Translations under genes and position numbers: made by a program
Assembly: GCA_040217195.1 (NCBI GenBank)
Contig: JAVJNR010000006.1
Location: 1 to 64,000 of the forward strand
Origin: Leptospiraceae bacterium
Lineage (GTDB): Bacteria; Spirochaetota; Leptospiria; Leptospirales; Leptonemataceae
Length of the DNA stretch: 64,000 nucleotides
Direction: 5' to 3'
Shown here: positions 37,783-47,641 of the stretch, in pieces
Layout of the letters: every line of letters begins with the position of its first letter
Position numbering within the stretch: the first letter of the stretch is position 1
The notes under the pieces: model-generated
What the model saw: only the letters and a program-made list of their open reading frames with translations
What the model was told of the DNA's origin: nothing
Database searches by the model: none

Positions 37783-39669
37783 ATGAAGCATAGACTGAAT
37801 CAAATCCTTCATCTGCTACCCCGTATCAAGGTACCACTTGTAATGGGCGTGGACTCTTCTATAGTAGGCCTGGCAATCCTGGCCGCATTCTTGCTTCGCC
37901 TTGAATCCAGTCTGACTCAACTGCTGGCAACTCCCTATATGCTACCGGCTCTGTTAATCGGCCTTCCTGTGCAAATGACCGTTTTCTGGTTTGCCGGATT
38001 ATACCGTGGAATCTGGCGCTTTTCCAGCATTCCTGATTTGACTCGAATCCTGGTCGCCACCCTCCTGGGTGTTAGTGCCAGCGCTCTGGGTTTGTTTTTC
38101 TTCAACAGATTGGAGAATATCCCTCGAAGCATCTTTGTGATTGATTGGCTTATTCTGGTCGTTGGGCTTGGTGGAGTTAGATTCAGCTATCGTATATTTC
38201 GAGACTCCCTGCGCCCGGGAACCGCTAACAAAGCCATCATCATTGGAGCGGGGCGTGCTGGAGAGCAGCTATTCCGTGAGTTCAAGAACAATCCTGCGTT
38301 GAACATGGGAGTTGTAGGTTTTATCGACGATGAACCTGCATTGAAAGGGAAGTATCTACACGGTGTACCTGTTTTTGGGGGAATCCCACGTGTACCAGAG
38401 GTAGTTAAGATTACAGGCGCTACGGAAATCCTGATTGCCATACCTACAATCGATAATAAGAAAATCCGTCAAATTGTGGATCTCTGTGCAGATCTGGGAG
38501 TCAGCGTAAAGCGGCTACCTGACCTGAGTAGTTTTGTAACTGGAAAAGTCATCGCCACTCAGCTGAAATCTGTGAGTCCGGAAGACTTGCTGGGCCGGCC
38601 GCCTGTGGAACTCAATCGTCAGGCCATGGCGGAGATGCTTGCAGGTAAGCGGGTTCTGGTAACCGGTGCTGGCGGATCCATTGGCGGGGAACTGTGTCGT
38701 CAGATCGTCGCCTTTCAACCGGCTTCTTTGATTCTGGCCGAAATTACCGAGCTCTTTCTGTACGAAATAGAAAGGGAAATGTCTGAACTGGCACCTCGCC
38801 TGCCGGTCACTTATTTAATTCAGGATGTGCGAAACAAAAAAGGCGTAGAGCGAATGTTTCGGGATCACCGTCCGGAAGTAGTATTTCATGCTGCCGCGTA
38901 TAAGCACGTGCCTCTTATGGAAGGAAATCCCTGGCAGGCTATTGAGAATAATGTGGGTGGCACCCGAAACGTGGCCTCTGCTGCAGGCTCCTTTGGTGCT
39001 GAAAGGTTTGTTCTGGTATCTACCGATAAGGCCGTGAATCCTACAAATGTTATGGGAGCCACGAAGCGCGTATGCGAAATGGTTTGCACGGAATTGCAAC
39101 GGGATTACCCGGACACTCGCTATATTGCTGTTCGCTTTGGGAATGTGCTCGGAAGCACTGGTAGTGTTATTCCACTTTTCCAGAAGCAAATTGAAGCCGG
39201 GGGACCGGTAACGGTTACTCATCCTGACGTGCGACGTTACTTCATGTCCATACCGGAAGCAGTGCAACTGGTAATGCAGGCCGCCGCTATGGGCGCTGGT
39301 GGAGAGGTTTTCGTTCTGGAAATGGGCGAACCAGTTCGGATTGTAGACCTGGCTCGGGAAATGATCGCTCTTTCTGGCTTTATCCCGGAGCGGGAGATTA
39401 AGATTGTATTCACCGGACTTCGCCCCGGGGAAAAACTCTATGAAGAGTTGCTTACAGACGCCGAGTCCACAGTGGCTACCTCCCATCCGGGAGTCCGCAT
39501 TGCCAGGTTGTCCAAGAATACCCAGGACTTTCGGGAACGGATGGACTCTTTACTTAAGACAGGTGCTGCCACTTCAAGGACGGATTTGATGGAACAGCTA
39601 AGAGCTATTGTTCCTGAATATGGTCCTGCCATTGAAGCCAATCGAAAGAGGTTGCGCCTGATCCAGTAA
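37783..39669 (+). CDS. Membrane-anchored UDP-GlcNAc 4,6-dehydratase (WbpM/PglF/CapD)
   Basis: N-terminal TMs, IIGAG, TGAGGSIG, HAAAYKHVP, STDKAVNPTNVMGATK, RFGNVLGS, GLRPGEKLYEEL. Confidence 0.93.
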   Translation: MKHRLNQILHLLPRIKVPLVMGVDSSIVGLAILAAFLLRLESSLTQLLATPYMLPALLIGLPVQMTVFWFAGLYRGIWRFSSIPDLTRILVATLLGVSASALGLFFFNRLENIPRSIFVIDWLILVVGLGGVRFSYRIFRDSLRPGTANKAIIIGAGRAGEQLFREFKNNPALNMGVVGFIDDEPALKGKYLHGVPVFGGIPRVPEVVKITGATEILIAIPTIDNKKIRQIVDLCADLGVSVKRLPDLSSFVTGKVIATQLKSVSPEDLLGRPPVELNRQAMAEMLAGKRVLVTGAGGSIGGELCRQIVAFQPASLILAEITELFLYEIEREMSELAPRLPVTYLIQDVRNKKGVERMFRDHRPEVVFHAAAYKHVPLMEGNPWQAIENNVGGTRNVASAAGSFGAERFVLVSTDKAVNPTNVMGATKRVCEMVCTELQRDYPDTRYIAVRFGNVLGSTGSVIPLFQKQIEAGGPVTVTHPDVRRYFMSIPEAVQLVMQAAAMGAGGEVFVLEMGEPVRIVDLAREMIALSGFIPEREIKIVFTGLRPGEKLYEELLTDAESTVATSHPGVRIARLSKNTQDFRERMDSLLKTGAATSRTDLMEQLRAIVPEYGPAIEANRKRLRLIQ

Positions 39670-39802
39670 TGGGGCTGACGATGCCGGAGGTGGGTCTGAA
39701 CAGTAGTAGGTTTGGATCTTCAGTGCTTTTCAAATTGATATTCCTCGATCGGACCCTCTGGCCGTTCGGAATGGTCACTGGTCAGGTATCTGCCCGAGAC
39801 GC

Positions 39803-41707
39803 CTATTGCCTGCTTAATACTGTCTCAATGATCTGAGCTTTGTCCAGAAAACGATAATCGCAGATTATTCGGGGATCCGGCGGCCCGGTCAGCGGTTGCA
39901 GGGGTGCTTTACATTCGAATTTTTCCAGATGCCTGTCGGAATGGATTCTGAGTGGAAAGGAACCGTCACCGGCCAACAAAGGGTAACGGAATGTCTGAGT
40001 GTTTGAGGCCTCATCCACTGCAGTCTCTAGATGTCCCACATTTTCGAATAGAAGGTAGTCCCTGGAAATGCTCTGGCTATGCCAGAACTGAAGACCTGCC
40101 AGACTGATTAATAGAGCCGATGCGAACACATTTCGGTGCAGATTACTGAGTCTCCAGATCGGACCAAAGAATTTGTGGAATGGGTTTCCCTTTCCGGGGT
40201 ATACAGCCAGTGGCCCCAGAACTGCAATCCACCAATTAAGCTGAACGACGCGAATGTACCACCATTCTTGAAAACTACCGTATAAAATAATCGAAGCCAG
40301 ACCTGCTAGTATGATTCGGGCCGAGACTATCCTGACGTTGGTTTCATTCTGCGAATTTATAGTCTCGATCAGTCGATGAAATGTCAGGAAGTACAATGAA
40401 CCAAGCGCAATAATGCCCGGGATACCGTATCCTACGCCTATCTGAAGTAAAAAATTATGCGAACTAGAATAGGTTCTTTGAAAGCCTTCTGAGCGAAGAA
40501 TGAGATCGTTCCAGAATCCGAAGGACTCCACTCCTCCCCCAGAAACTGGGAAAACGGACAAGAGTTCCAGACCCGATCGAAACAATTCTGCACGAACTCC
40601 AAGAATTTGCTGGGGCCAGGAAAAGTAGGCTGCGAACGGTAGCAGCAAAGAAAGAATACCCAGTGCTAATAATAGCAACCCCAGAGAAGCCCTGGAAGAA
40701 ATAGGCCTGACACCGCTCAGAAAGAAAATTATCACAAAGAAGAAAGTAGCAAGTAGTCCCGCCCGTGATCCAATCAACAACTGCAAATAGATTATTGTAA
40801 TAAACATCAGGGCGCTGCAAACGTTGACTCTACGATTCGAAGGAATGCCGGAGTTCGGTAGTAGAGCCAGAGCGAGCCCTACCAGGGGGAGACAGGAGAC
40901 CAGATATACCGAAAGCCAGCTCCGGTTCCAGAATAATGAATTCGGGGAGTCCGTGAGCGCAGGGCTCAGGTTCATGAGAATTGGAAAATGGTTGTAGCTT
41001 CGCTCTACATAGCCGCCGAGCCTAATATGCAAGGAATCCAGCGCACCGGCCATTCCTGGAAACCAGGCTTCTATGAGTCCGACTGCCATAACCAGGGCGG
41101 GTCCAATGAGCAATGCCAGCACCATCAGTCTCCTACCTTGCCCTGTGAGTCTAGAAGCGTGGCAGAGACCCTTCCAGACCGAGTAGCTAATCGAACCTGT
41201 TAGCAGGGCAATAAGGACTGAGTAATGGGGTAGCCAGTCTCGACTGCTCAAGAAGTGAAAAGGAAGCAATTTGTACCCTTCGAAGGCTTCGACCAGGTAA
41301 TATGCACCACTAAAAGAAATCACGGAAAGTAAGCATGCAGCCAGGACAATTGGATTTCCCAGTGGGGGGGCTTGAATCGAATTCTTAATTCTTGATTCAT
41401 GCAGCCAGATCCAGACAGGTGTTTGTATCAAAGCGAAACAATATATCTCCACGAACCGTCCGCCCGGATGGTTGCCAAAGAAGATACCCGCCAGGGTTAG
41501 GAATGCAATTCCCAGTGGAACCGTTCTGAAGGTGAGTAGACCAGAGACCAATAAAAATATAGTAAAGGCAACATAGTACCTCAGCGGGTAGAATTGGGCC
41601 ATTGAACCCCAGGTAACAATTAGAAGTAACACGCAGATGGACAGAGATACGATGCCTACAAGCCGCTTTTCGTAGCTTGATTGGTTCAGGTTCTGGCTAA
41701 TCACCAT
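39803..41707 (-). CDS. O-antigen ligase / O-oligosaccharyltransferase-like (Wzy_C) membrane protein
   Basis: Many TM segments; GSRAG, RxxxF, GGG, SSHNFLLQ..GIPG. Confidence 0.7.
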   Translation of the reverse strand: MVISQNLNQSSYEKRLVGIVSLSICVLLLIVTWGSMAQFYPLRYYVAFTIFLLVSGLLTFRTVPLGIAFLTLAGIFFGNHPGGRFVEIYCFALIQTPVWIWLHESRIKNSIQAPPLGNPIVLAACLLSVISFSGAYYLVEAFEGYKLLPFHFLSSRDWLPHYSVLIALLTGSISYSVWKGLCHASRLTGQGRRLMVLALLIGPALVMAVGLIEAWFPGMAGALDSLHIRLGGYVERSYNHFPILMNLSPALTDSPNSLFWNRSWLSVYLVSCLPLVGLALALLPNSGIPSNRRVNVCSALMFITIIYLQLLIGSRAGLLATFFFVIIFFLSGVRPISSRASLGLLLLALGILSLLLPFAAYFSWPQQILGVRAELFRSGLELLSVFPVSGGGVESFGFWNDLILRSEGFQRTYSSSHNFLLQIGVGYGIPGIIALGSLYFLTFHRLIETINSQNETNVRIVSARIILAGLASIILYGSFQEWWYIRVVQLNWWIAVLGPLAVYPGKGNPFHKFFGPIWRLSNLHRNVFASALLISLAGLQFWHSQSISRDYLLFENVGHLETAVDEASNTQTFRYPLLAGDGSFPLRIHSDRHLEKFECKAPLQPLTGPPDPRIICDYRFLDKAQIIETVLSRQ

Positions 41708-41860
41708 TTTGCTCCGGGATTTAAGAGTAAAATCTCTGAAAGACCCGGCCCTCCTTTCGTTGAAGGCATGAAGAAGCTACTAAAGGATTTGGACTGTTTT
41801 CGTTGCATACTGGATTCGTAAGGTACGCATGAATTCCGCGAATGGTCGATCCAACGCTTG

Positions 41861-43186
41861 CTATGAATTCGCATTGTCGGTTCGTCCGATGATTTGAGGT
41901 CTTCTCCCGGACCGCAGGACCAGGATCTGCCGGGGAGAACGAAGTAGTCTGCTTCGCCAATCCGTTACGGCAAATGTAAGAACTGTGGCCAGAAGTATCA
42001 ATGGGCCCATAAAATGCAGGAATGGCAGAATATAGCCCAGGGTCTGCAACTGGATTCCCCTCAGAAGAAAGGAGTTTATGAAAACCTTTACTGAATGAAC
42101 ATCTGGCCAGAGTGCAAGCAGCAATAGGAACCAGAAGATTGCAGTTCTGGCGCGAAGGCCCATTCTTCGGTTTAGATAGAGAAGGAAGGGAAAGTAAAGG
42201 AGCAGATAATGATTCCAGAATATTCCCATCAAAACCGGGGGAATTATCATTATTGCAAGCCGCTGGTGTAGGCCAATCCTTGATGAAGTGGCATAGATGA
42301 AAAGTAAGGTTCCTATGAATAGCCTGATGATCATAGAAATAAGCGATGGATTCTCCGGGGCTGGTTCCCAGTGGAAATGATTCATCCAGTTCGGCGCAAA
42401 GCTGATCTTATGAATCAGTGCAGACAGACTTGCATTATTGTAAGCGAGAATAGAAATTTCACCGTGAGCCACAGTTTGATTCCAGAAATCCAGCATTGGA
42501 CCCGGAAGCCACAGGATCTGAATTCCGAGTAGTAGAAGAAGGCTAACAATAAGTAGCAGGAAAAGCTTTAGATTTCGGTCGATTAGCGGAACTGCCAATA
42601 AAAATGCAGCCCAGGGTTTGATAAGAACTGCAAGAATAAAAAATCCAATCGAATAGCCCCTATGGTCTTTGCGAACCCGGTAAAAATAGACCGGAATAAG
42701 AAGAGCTAAAAATTCAATGTTCTGTCCATATTGTAAGGAATCGAAGATCGCATCCGTCATACTTAGCAGCCCTATGATCAATAGACCCGTTATGTAACTT
42801 CGACTCCATTTATCAGCCAGTTGAGCCAGGAGGATAGACAGCCCGATGATCTTGAGCAATAGAAACACGATCTTAAAGGCCTGAAAAGATCCGAGCAATA
42901 AAAGTGGAGAGATTAAAAGCAGGTAGGCTGGTAGATAAAGGAACGATGTGTCTGTGGCCATCCCATCCATTTGTTGCGATTCAAACTCAACCCAGGCTTT
43001 GCTCCTTGTCTGGCCGTAGGCGCTATTTTTGTAGATCGTCTCACCCTGACCGCTCCAGAGGAGATTTGCGGCAACATAGGTGGGAGATAAATCCACGTGG
43101 CGCTCCATATCCAGGCCCTGACGGAAAGTGGAAAATAAGAGAAAGAGCAGGGCAAAGATAAAGAAGGAAATCTTAAGATTCTTCAT
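41861..43186 (-). CDS. GT87/DUF2029-like polyprenyl-phosphate-sugar-dependent glycosyltransferase (GT-C)
   Basis: DLSPTY after the first TM, FLYLP, GQN, IKP, NASL, WNHY; ATG 43186 preferred. Confidence 0.7.
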   Translation of the reverse strand: MKNLKISFFIFALLFLLFSTFRQGLDMERHVDLSPTYVAANLLWSGQGETIYKNSAYGQTRSKAWVEFESQQMDGMATDTSFLYLPAYLLLISPLLLLGSFQAFKIVFLLLKIIGLSILLAQLADKWSRSYITGLLIIGLLSMTDAIFDSLQYGQNIEFLALLIPVYFYRVRKDHRGYSIGFFILAVLIKPWAAFLLAVPLIDRNLKLFLLLIVSLLLLLGIQILWLPGPMLDFWNQTVAHGEISILAYNNASLSALIHKISFAPNWMNHFHWEPAPENPSLISMIIRLFIGTLLFIYATSSRIGLHQRLAIMIIPPVLMGIFWNHYLLLYFPFLLYLNRRMGLRARTAIFWFLLLLALWPDVHSVKVFINSFLLRGIQLQTLGYILPFLHFMGPLILLATVLTFAVTDWRSRLLRSPRQILVLRSGRRPQIIGRTDNANS

Positions 43187-43754
43187 TGGAATGCTCTCTT
43201 GCTTCACAACGGCTCAATCTCTGTACTAGTGATTCCATCAATTTGTTTAGTTTTTCCTTTTCCTTTCTGCTGTTGAAACGTGCGGAAAATGGAAGAGTCA
43301 AAGACATATTGAATTGTGCAAATTGAATGCCATCCTGGAACCGTCGCGAACTATAGATCAATGTATAATGCGAGAAAATATTTCTCTGCCAGAACCGGTA
43401 TCCGAATAACTGGCCACCCTGGTTTAGGTTCAAAAGATCCTTCCCGAGTTCTGGTTCTGGAAGCAATAGCAACTGAGTACGCTGGTCATCCTCCCGGAAG
43501 TACAGACCATCCGGTGTTGCGGAACTGGCGATGTGACCTGTATCTTTACCCTCGGAAATAAGAAAACTCCGGGCCATGGCCTCAGGTTTAAAGCAATAAT
43601 CGAATTCTTCGGTTTCAGGCAAATAGATGGAGCGAATGTGTGTCACGCTTGGCCTGGCCAGATTTTCCAGCAGGCAGAACCCAAGAAAGATGGATAGTGC
43701 GATGCTGATCCGGCGTAATTTCCTCATTTTGTTTGTTCTAAGCGAGCTACTCAT
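43173..43754 (-). CDS. Hypothetical exported/membrane-anchored protein
   Basis: ORF with N-terminal hydrophobic segment, overlapping the downstream gene; alternative start 43727. Confidence 0.55.
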   Translation of the reverse strand: MSSSLRTNKMRKLRRISIALSIFLGFCLLENLARPSVTHIRSIYLPETEEFDYCFKPEAMARSFLISEGKDTGHIASSATPDGLYFREDDQRTQLLLLPEPELGKDLLNLNQGGQLFGYRFWQRNIFSHYTLIYSSRRFQDGIQFAQFNMSLTLPFSARFNSRKEKEKLNKLMESLVQRLSRCEAREHSNEES

Positions 43755-43822
43755 ATTAGGCGCCTACTATTGATTTAGCTGTCAAGGTCTTCCAGGTTCT
43801 ATCCAAAAGAATGCCGATTCCT

Positions 43823-45865
43823 TCAATTATCTTTAGTTGTGTCCCCATCGTTGCTTACATTCTCCTGACATTCATTGATCAAGCCGAAAGGATCAGATAT
43901 ACTGCCCTGCCCAATGGATCGCAACTGCGCGGATCGTTGGTAACCCAGCAGGCAGGCTGCATTGGAATGACTATTGCGAATGCATTGCAAAAAAGCCTCT
44001 CTGGCTTCCGATTGGTATCGCTCAATATTCGGAACTGTTTGCCAGCGAAAAAGTGCCAGGCTTGCATTCTTCCGTAACCAGGCAGGATCCATAAAACTTT
44101 CTGGCAACAGGCGCCACGGATTCTCGTATTCCCCGGCTGTCCCCAGGTTTGGCGGCGCGATCTTGAAAAAAGCTACGCCCTGGCATTCAACGATTGGAAC
44201 ACCAATACCAAGGTAAGATCGGGCAATATTCCTGACCTCTTTTTCAAGTCTGAAGTGTTCTACTGAAACAATTGTGCAAAGTAGAGCGAATATTCCGGAG
44301 GTCCACATAAGGGTCGATTCCCGGATGGAGGAATGCTTCCAATTCTTAAAGCTGTATCCGGTGGAGAGTAACCCTCCCCAGAAGAGGAACGAAATGGCTG
44401 GAATATCGAGAAGGAACTCTACCAATCCATGAAGCATTATTCCGCCAAGCAGGGCCATTGCTGCACCGTGCCCGGCACGATGCCGGTCTGGCAGAATCGC
44501 GCTGAGCATCATCGAAAAAAAAGCGAGTAATCCGAGCCATCCGAAACTATTTACAAATTCTATTACTACGTTGTGGCTGTGCACGTACAGTCCGTCCGTC
44601 CCTCGAAGGAGGCCGATCACTTCATTTGAAGTCTCATGGTTTGATTCGGCGAGAAATACAGCCAAATGATCCATCACAAATGGCCCGCCTCCAACGGTCT
44701 GACCAATGATACCTCGATTGAAGATCAGCTCCAGATAGTTGCCCCAAAGGGGAAGCCTTGCATGACTAACAGAGTCCATGGTCACCAGCGTGGGTTGGTT
44801 TTGCAGGATCATCAGGGAAAAGATTGTGATTATCGAAACAATCAGGGGCATACAGGCAGCCCCAATCAATAAAAACGGTCGGCGACTAATGGGATTCATG
44901 CGGGACATTAAGAGGACAAGTGAGCCGTAAACCAGTGCCAGCAATGCTCCTTCTGATGAAAGCAGCAATACTATCATACACCCTGAACTCAGTACCAATA
45001 GGGGCAGCGCCGGTCTCAACAACTTTCTAAATCGGTCAAGAGACCCTTTTACCGGCCAGTCGTATTCACGGAGGGTTGCGGCTACAAATACTACTCCGTA
45101 TGCCAGGTATGCAGCGACCCGATTAGGGTTTATCTCATATACTACCGTTTTAAATAGGGTTTCCGGGCGAAGTAGCGCTAGCGCCGAGTAGATGATAAGA
45201 TTAATTAAAAGTGCTATACCGATTGCAGAAATCAGAAATTTTCTTGGAAGACCCAGCCACAGAAAGGCCGGCAGCAAGAACAGGGCGCCTGTGCGAAGAA
45301 GGGAAAAATAAGAGTCTGAATAGACCGAACCCAACAAGCTGAGGGCGATGAAACTTAAGAAAGACCCAATGAGCACTTTTTTCTCGCTTAATCGACCAAG
45401 AATTAGACGGTAATTTAATCCGGGGAGAATAATCGCGGGCAATACTAAGGCGGACGGTGCGAAATGAAACCATCCATCCATGAATATCCCACTCAGTGTA
45501 AGCGCCACAGTTCCGGCCCATACTTTCCGAGCCGACCATTTGAGTTGGCTCGAAATGAGAAAGAACAGAAGATGGAAGACCAGGAGGTAAGGGGTAGCCT
45601 GTGCTGTGCCCGGGAGATCTTCGGGCCGTTGCAGGATAGCCCGGGAAAAGTAGGACAGAGCCATGGTGAGAACAGAGAGAATGTGTAGAATTGAAATGCG
45701 ATATTTCTTACGAAGGAAGCCCCGGATCAGGTAGCCCAGCAGAAACAGAAGAAAGTATATCCCAACGATCTTAATCGCATTTCTGGGAACTACCGAGGCC
45801 ATCATGACCAGTGCTATTAGCTGCAAGGCACATCCTGAAAGAGCTATCAGTTGTTCACGCTTCAT
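43823..45865 (-). CDS. O-antigen ligase-like (Wzy_C) membrane protein with C-terminal soluble domain
   Basis: Many TMs; NPN, SSEGA, ARLPLW, HSHNVVIEF..GWLG, LHGLVE. Confidence 0.68.
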   Translation of the reverse strand: MKREQLIALSGCALQLIALVMMASVVPRNAIKIVGIYFLLFLLGYLIRGFLRKKYRISILHILSVLTMALSYFSRAILQRPEDLPGTAQATPYLLVFHLLFFLISSQLKWSARKVWAGTVALTLSGIFMDGWFHFAPSALVLPAIILPGLNYRLILGRLSEKKVLIGSFLSFIALSLLGSVYSDSYFSLLRTGALFLLPAFLWLGLPRKFLISAIGIALLINLIIYSALALLRPETLFKTVVYEINPNRVAAYLAYGVVFVAATLREYDWPVKGSLDRFRKLLRPALPLLVLSSGCMIVLLLSSEGALLALVYGSLVLLMSRMNPISRRPFLLIGAACMPLIVSIITIFSLMILQNQPTLVTMDSVSHARLPLWGNYLELIFNRGIIGQTVGGGPFVMDHLAVFLAESNHETSNEVIGLLRGTDGLYVHSHNVVIEFVNSFGWLGLLAFFSMMLSAILPDRHRAGHGAAMALLGGIMLHGLVEFLLDIPAISFLFWGGLLSTGYSFKNWKHSSIRESTLMWTSGIFALLCTIVSVEHFRLEKEVRNIARSYLGIGVPIVECQGVAFFKIAPPNLGTAGEYENPWRLLPESFMDPAWLRKNASLALFRWQTVPNIERYQSEAREAFLQCIRNSHSNAACLLGYQRSAQLRSIGQGSISDPFGLINECQENVSNDGDTTKDN

Positions 45866-45892
45866 TGGTTGTTATCCAACGCGGCTCTCCAG

Positions 45893-45939
45893 AAAAAAAT
45901 CCGAAGGACCGCGAGCCACGTTAGGCCCGGGTCCACCGG
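45893..45939 (-). terminator. Possible intrinsic terminator after the 107-aa membrane protein gene
   Basis: Imperfect GC-rich stem (GGACC 45906-45910 / GGTCC 45930-45934, flanked by CCG/CGG) followed by a T-run on the minus strand. Confidence 0.4.
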
Positions 45940-45974
45940 CCCGTCCAGTCTTTCCCCAATTCTTGAGTAGGATC

Positions 45975-46298
45975 TTAGCTAAACATATGCGTTTTGGTAG
46001 CCAGCGGAATCAGAACAACAGCCAGGTTCATAATAATGGCCAGAAGCCCCGGAACACCCCTCTTCTGAATCCAGCCAATTATCCCCAGCACAAAACCCAA
46101 TCCGGCCAGGATAGCCATAGCAAGGCCCTGCATATCCGAGGCATCCTCATAGGACTGCCACAGCCGACGATCCATGTCGCTTTCATGGACACGCTCGAAA
46201 AATGCCTGCTCATTGGGATGAGTTTCTACCAGATGATAGATGCCAACCCCCAGTCCCAGAATACCCAGTAACATTGCTGCGATTGTTAATTTGCTCAT
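45975..46298 (-). CDS. Small hypothetical membrane protein (about 3 TM)
   Basis: GGAG SD upstream; three hydrophobic segments. Confidence 0.65.
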   Translation of the reverse strand: MSKLTIAAMLLGILGLGVGIYHLVETHPNEQAFFERVHESDMDRRLWQSYEDASDMQGLAMAILAGLGFVLGIIGWIQKRGVPGLLAIIMNLAVVLIPLATKTHMFS

Positions 46299-46517
46299 TG
46301 AATTTCTCCATTGACCCCGGTAGCATTCGAAAACGCATGATTGTCAGGTTATTGGACAACCGAAAGCCCTCTGAAGACTATTAGTCAGTCTATGGGTATC
46401 AAGGAAAAACTACAAACCCTGATACGAATTTCATCCGCATTAACCAACCGTCGGGGCGACTTTGACTACAGAATTGGACCAATAATCCGACAGGAATTCC
46501 TGACGGCTTAAGTGAAG

Positions 46518-47489
46518 TTACGGGCTGCCGGTTTCAATGCGAATTCCCAGATAAATCATGGATTCCGTTTCTATCCTAGTAGAGTTGAGAGAGTTCCAAT
46601 CTCGAATAATGGCCCAGGGGGCGGAAACCGGATCACCAAAATAAGTTGCGCTTCGGATGAAGTAATCCATCCGGCTCTGGCGACGGTGCAAGCCAATCAG
46701 CAGGTATTGCTTGAGACGGCCTGTATTGGACGTTAAGTCCCATTCAATGGGAGCTAACAATCTAAGATGCATGCCTATCGTGGCCACCCTCAATCCCAGG
46801 TGGTATTGTTCGAATAGTGCTGTCGTACCCTGGAAGCTTGTTCCCTGCGACTCTTGCTTTCCTTCACCCCAAATGGAAAAATAAGGCTCTACTTCCCATT
46901 TGGCAGCCGTTCCCAGGTTCGTGCGAAACAGTGTAGATATTTCTATAGATTGCCAGCGTTGATCATAGTTGCGAAATCCCAGTACTCCAACTCCATTGGC
47001 CAGCGGGAAGGCTTCATAATCAAAGTCCTCCTGTCTGGAGTTGAAGATCAAAAAGGTGCCTAGACTCCAACCGCTGCCCTTAAACCTGTATCCTGCTCCG
47101 GCCTCCGCCCGATAGGCTCCAGCGTTACTGGTAATGCCTTTCTGCGCATAGAACTGGCCTGCCCATGGATCCAGAACGAATTGATTTCGGCTGGTATCAT
47201 TGGGTGGGCTTTCGACGATCTCTGCCGCTAAACCCAGGCGAAGGACCCATGAATTCCAGCTGAGGCTGCTACTGAATTCCGGGCGGTAAAAGGCCACTGG
47301 ACTTAGATTGCTCAGGCCCACTACGGAATTGCCCGGGAAACGTTCCCGGGCATAATAGGTATCATAAAGAGAGCTATCCAATACCCCGGCCCCTAGCATT
47401 AAATCCGTCGTGACTTTCGGGGATTCCGCATTGCTGACTGACCAGGAAAATAAACTCAGGGACATTAATAGCAGCCCACGATAGATCAT
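46518..47489 (-). CDS. Putative outer-membrane beta-barrel protein
   Basis: Signal peptide (..VSNA-E) and alternating amphipathic aromatic-rich strands. Confidence 0.55.
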   Translation of the reverse strand: MIYRGLLLMSLSLFSWSVSNAESPKVTTDLMLGAGVLDSSLYDTYYARERFPGNSVVGLSNLSPVAFYRPEFSSSLSWNSWVLRLGLAAEIVESPPNDTSRNQFVLDPWAGQFYAQKGITSNAGAYRAEAGAGYRFKGSGWSLGTFLIFNSRQEDFDYEAFPLANGVGVLGFRNYDQRWQSIEISTLFRTNLGTAAKWEVEPYFSIWGEGKQESQGTSFQGTTALFEQYHLGLRVATIGMHLRLLAPIEWDLTSNTGRLKQYLLIGLHRRQSRMDYFIRSATYFGDPVSAPWAIIRDWNSLNSTRIETESMIYLGIRIETGSP

Positions 47490-47641
47490 AACCTACGAGA
47501 AAGAGTGTTCCAGAGAATAGCAATAAAAAAGGCCGCAAAAAAGCCTCAAAAATTAGGTTTAACATCTGCGATCTTTGGTCGTCCAATACAGAACTGCTAC
47601 AGAAAAGCCCGGACGAGATAACACCGGGTAAGGAAGATTCT

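Noticed and set aside
34399..39486. Long antisense ORFs (e.g. 34399-35001, 38815-39486) and the many other shadow ORFs in the track
   Set aside because: They lie opposite or within well-supported genes and have no recognisable motifs.
1..39669. Apparent absence of wzx/wzy or wzm/wzt export genes
   Set aside because: The locus is truncated at the left edge of the window, so absence cannot be claimed.
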